From positions 50,570-114,569 of the forward strand of contig JAFMAI010000003.1 in NCBI GenBank assembly GCA_029785085.1: a DNA stretch of 64,000 bases, in the 5' to 3' direction. Source of the stretch: Nitrososphaerota archaeon (lineage in GTDB: Archaea > Thermoproteota > Nitrososphaeria > Nitrososphaerales > Gagatemarchaeaceae). The position numbers and the translations under genes are program-made. Below are positions 62,439 through 64,000 of this stretch, one piece after another (within the stretch, counting starts at the first letter, position 1; each line of letters starts with the position of its first letter). The notes under the pieces are model-generated. The model was given only the letters and a program-made list of their open reading frames with translations, searched no databases and had not been told where the DNA came from.

Positions 62439-63478
62439 TATCTCCTCACCGGCACCTGCACTATCCTGCTGACGAAGTCCCCGGCGTCCATGGCCTTCTC
62501 CTCGAGGTTGTGCAGCGAGAGGGAAGCTATCCTGGGGAGCTCGCTCTTGGCCTGCCCTGCAATGTTGCTCAGGACGGCGGCCTGGTAGGAGTTCCCCCCC
62601 GCCGCCACCGCCAGGCTGAACACCCCCGTCATGGCGTCCCTGACGCCGACCTTGCTGAACAGGTTCTTCTTCCCCTCGATGGGCGGGAACAGGGTGACGT
62701 TCTCCTTGTCGAAGAGGGTCACCCCCTGTTCCCCGCGGGTGACGAGTATTGCCTTCGACTCCAGGCGGCTGAGGAGGTTTACCCCCATGTTCCTGAGGCT
62801 CGTCTCGTTGACCATGGCCATCCCTGTGGCGTGCTCCGCCTCCTCGAGGTTGGACTTCACGTAGGTGACGCCGGAGAAGTCGAGATAGTGCCTCATCTTG
62901 GGCTGGCCCACGACTATCTTCCCTAGGGAGTGGGCAGCCGCAACTACCCCCCCGATCAGGAAGCTGGTCACGGCCCCCCGGTCGTAGTCAGAGATTATCA
63001 CACAGTCTACGTCCTTCATCTGGGGCTCGGCCTCGGCGAGCAGCTTCTTGGACAGGGCAGCCGGGGCGTCCTTCCTGTCCTCCTTGTCGACCCTGAGGGC
63101 GTGGAAGTTGTTGACCAGGTACCATGTCCTGAGCGACGTCGGCCTGGTGGCGTCCGTGACGACCCCGCCGAAGGCGAGCCCGTACTTCGTGAACTCTGCT
63201 TTGAGCCAGTTTCCATACTCGTCTGACCCGACAAGGCCTACCAGGCTGACGGACGCCCCCAGCGACACTAGCTCTCTGGAGAGGTTTGCCGCACCGCCTG
63301 GGAGGAGGGTCTGGCCCACAAAGTCCCCCGCTGGCACCGGGGCCTCTCTGGCGAGCTTGCGGGCTGCTATCTCTACGAAACGGCTTACTAGCAGGTCGCC
63401 GATCACTAGGACCCGACGGCCCTGGAACTTGCGGAGGACAGAGGCCAGCTTCTCCCCGTCGACCGAGTCCAACGGCAA
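62438..63478 (-). CDS. PfkB-family sugar(-phosphate) kinase, RfaE/HldE kinase-domain-like
   Basis: 346 aa. RVLVIGDLLVSRFV... and GGAANLSRELVSLGASVSLVGLVGSDEYG, with a C-terminal DAMTGVFSLAVAAG-type motif. TTG start. First gene of the pentose-phosphate cluster. Confidence 0.65.
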   Translation of the reverse strand: MPLDSVDGEKLASVLRKFQGRRVLVIGDLLVSRFVEIAARKLAREAPVPAGDFVGQTLLPGGAANLSRELVSLGASVSLVGLVGSDEYGNWLKAEFTKYGLAFGGVVTDATRPTSLRTWYLVNNFHALRVDKEDRKDAPAALSKKLLAEAEPQMKDVDCVIISDYDRGAVTSFLIGGVVAAAHSLGKIVVGQPKMRHYLDFSGVTYVKSNLEEAEHATGMAMVNETSLRNMGVNLLSRLESKAILVTRGEQGVTLFDKENVTLFPPIEGKKNLFSKVGVRDAMTGVFSLAVAAGGNSYQAAVLSNIAGQAKSELPRIASLSLHNLEEKAMDAGDFVSRIVQVPVRR

Positions 63479-63487
63479 CCTTTTTTC

Positions 63488-63493
63488 AAAAAA
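63488..63493 (-). terminator. oligo-T tract downstream of the 63513..63989 gene
   Basis: T6 on the minus strand, about 20 nt after the stop. Archaeal terminators are typically oligo-T. It is part of a T6-C-A6 palindrome. Confidence 0.35.
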
Positions 63494-63512
63494 TACTTGT
63501 CCGTGCCACTAG

Positions 63513-63989
63513 TTAAAGCTTGGTCGGTTTCTTCTTGCCTGTCTCCTGCTCCTTCCACTTCTCTTCCAGTAGCTCGCCCAAGACCTCGACCGCCTTCCTC
63601 ATCTCTCTGTCCATGGCCAAGGGGTCATACCCCTTGGGCTGAGGGAAGTCTAGGAACTTTTGGTTAGGGTCGGCCCCGAGGAAGTCCTTGCTCGCCTCGT
63701 AGATGGCCATCAATGTGGGTCCGTCCAGCCTCCTAAGCTCGGATTTCCACGAGTGGTGGAACCCCTTGTCTGAGAGGAAGGTCACCTTCACGTCCCCTTC
63801 TGCTTCCTTCTTCACGTCCTCCCAGAAGATCCTGTCGAACTCGCTGGGTGATACGTTCCCCGACTTCAGCTTGGCCCCGTATGCGCCGATGAGGCGGGAG
63901 ACCTTGTCTGGGGTCACTTCGAAGTGGGCCGCTATCTGCCCCTCTGTCAGGCCGAGGCCCTTGAGATGGTAGGCACCTTCTTCCAGCAC
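63513..63989 (-). CDS. hypothetical protein with possible N-terminal HTH
   Basis: 158 aa. GLTEGQIAAHFEVTPDKVSRLI is HTH-like and the tail is Lys/Glu-rich. No family recognised. Its start lies near the window edge. Confidence 0.4.
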   Translation of the reverse strand: MLEEGAYHLKGLGLTEGQIAAHFEVTPDKVSRLIGAYGAKLKSGNVSPSEFDRIFWEDVKKEAEGDVKVTFLSDKGFHHSWKSELRRLDGPTLMAIYEASKDFLGADPNQKFLDFPQPKGYDPLAMDREMRKAVEVLGELLEEKWKEQETGKKKPTKL

Positions 63990-64000
63990 ATCCTCGCTGA

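Noticed and set aside
1-64000. Search for CRISPR arrays, rRNA genes, IS elements with transposase genes, and integrase/att sites.
   Set aside because: I saw no regularly spaced direct repeats, rRNA-like sequence, or transposase/integrase-like ORFs on either strand. The only mobile-type elements seen are the RadA intein and the tyrS cassette.

Overview
High-GC (about 60-65%) archaeal chromosomal segment, mostly densely packed housekeeping genes. Archaeal markers include RadA and RadB, an Sm-like protein, Rio2 kinase, ribosomal protein L13e, split transketolase, an NFACT/Rqc2 homologue, archaeal-type inositol-1-phosphate synthase and a multi-intron tRNA. TATA-like boxes sit 20-30 nt upstream of many starts, GTG/TTG starts are frequent, and many gene pairs overlap by 4 nt. 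Metabolic blocks: nucleoside salvage (deoC-rbsK-nucleoside hydrolase); acyl-CoA dehydrogenase-etfBA-membrane FeS oxidoreductase; acetoacetyl-CoA synthetase/thiolase/DUF35/ilvE/acyl-CoA ligase; heme O/A synthesis; and a non-oxidative pentose-phosphate operon. Main finding, at about 48.9-51.9 kb: the resident minus-strand tyrS survives only as an N-terminal stub (up to the HIGH histidine) and a C-terminal piece (from just before KMSKS). Its catalytic core is replaced by a roughly 2.5 kb lower-GC insert. The insert carries, on the opposite strand, a free-standing double-motif LAGLIDADG endonuclease gene and a complete, divergent tyrS, each with its own TATA-like box. A 9-bp inverted repeat marks both junctions. 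I interpret this as homing-endonuclease-linked in situ xenologous replacement of an essential aminoacyl-tRNA synthetase, possibly a natural cleave-and-rescue type selfish element. This is inference and untested. Other notable items: a tRNA-Tyr with three introns, a LAGLIDADG intein in the RadA P-loop, three perfect palindromes next to regulator genes, a ThiR-like regulator locus, an L22e-like small protein, a degenerate ThiI paralogue, and two conserved-looking frames with no canonical start codon.
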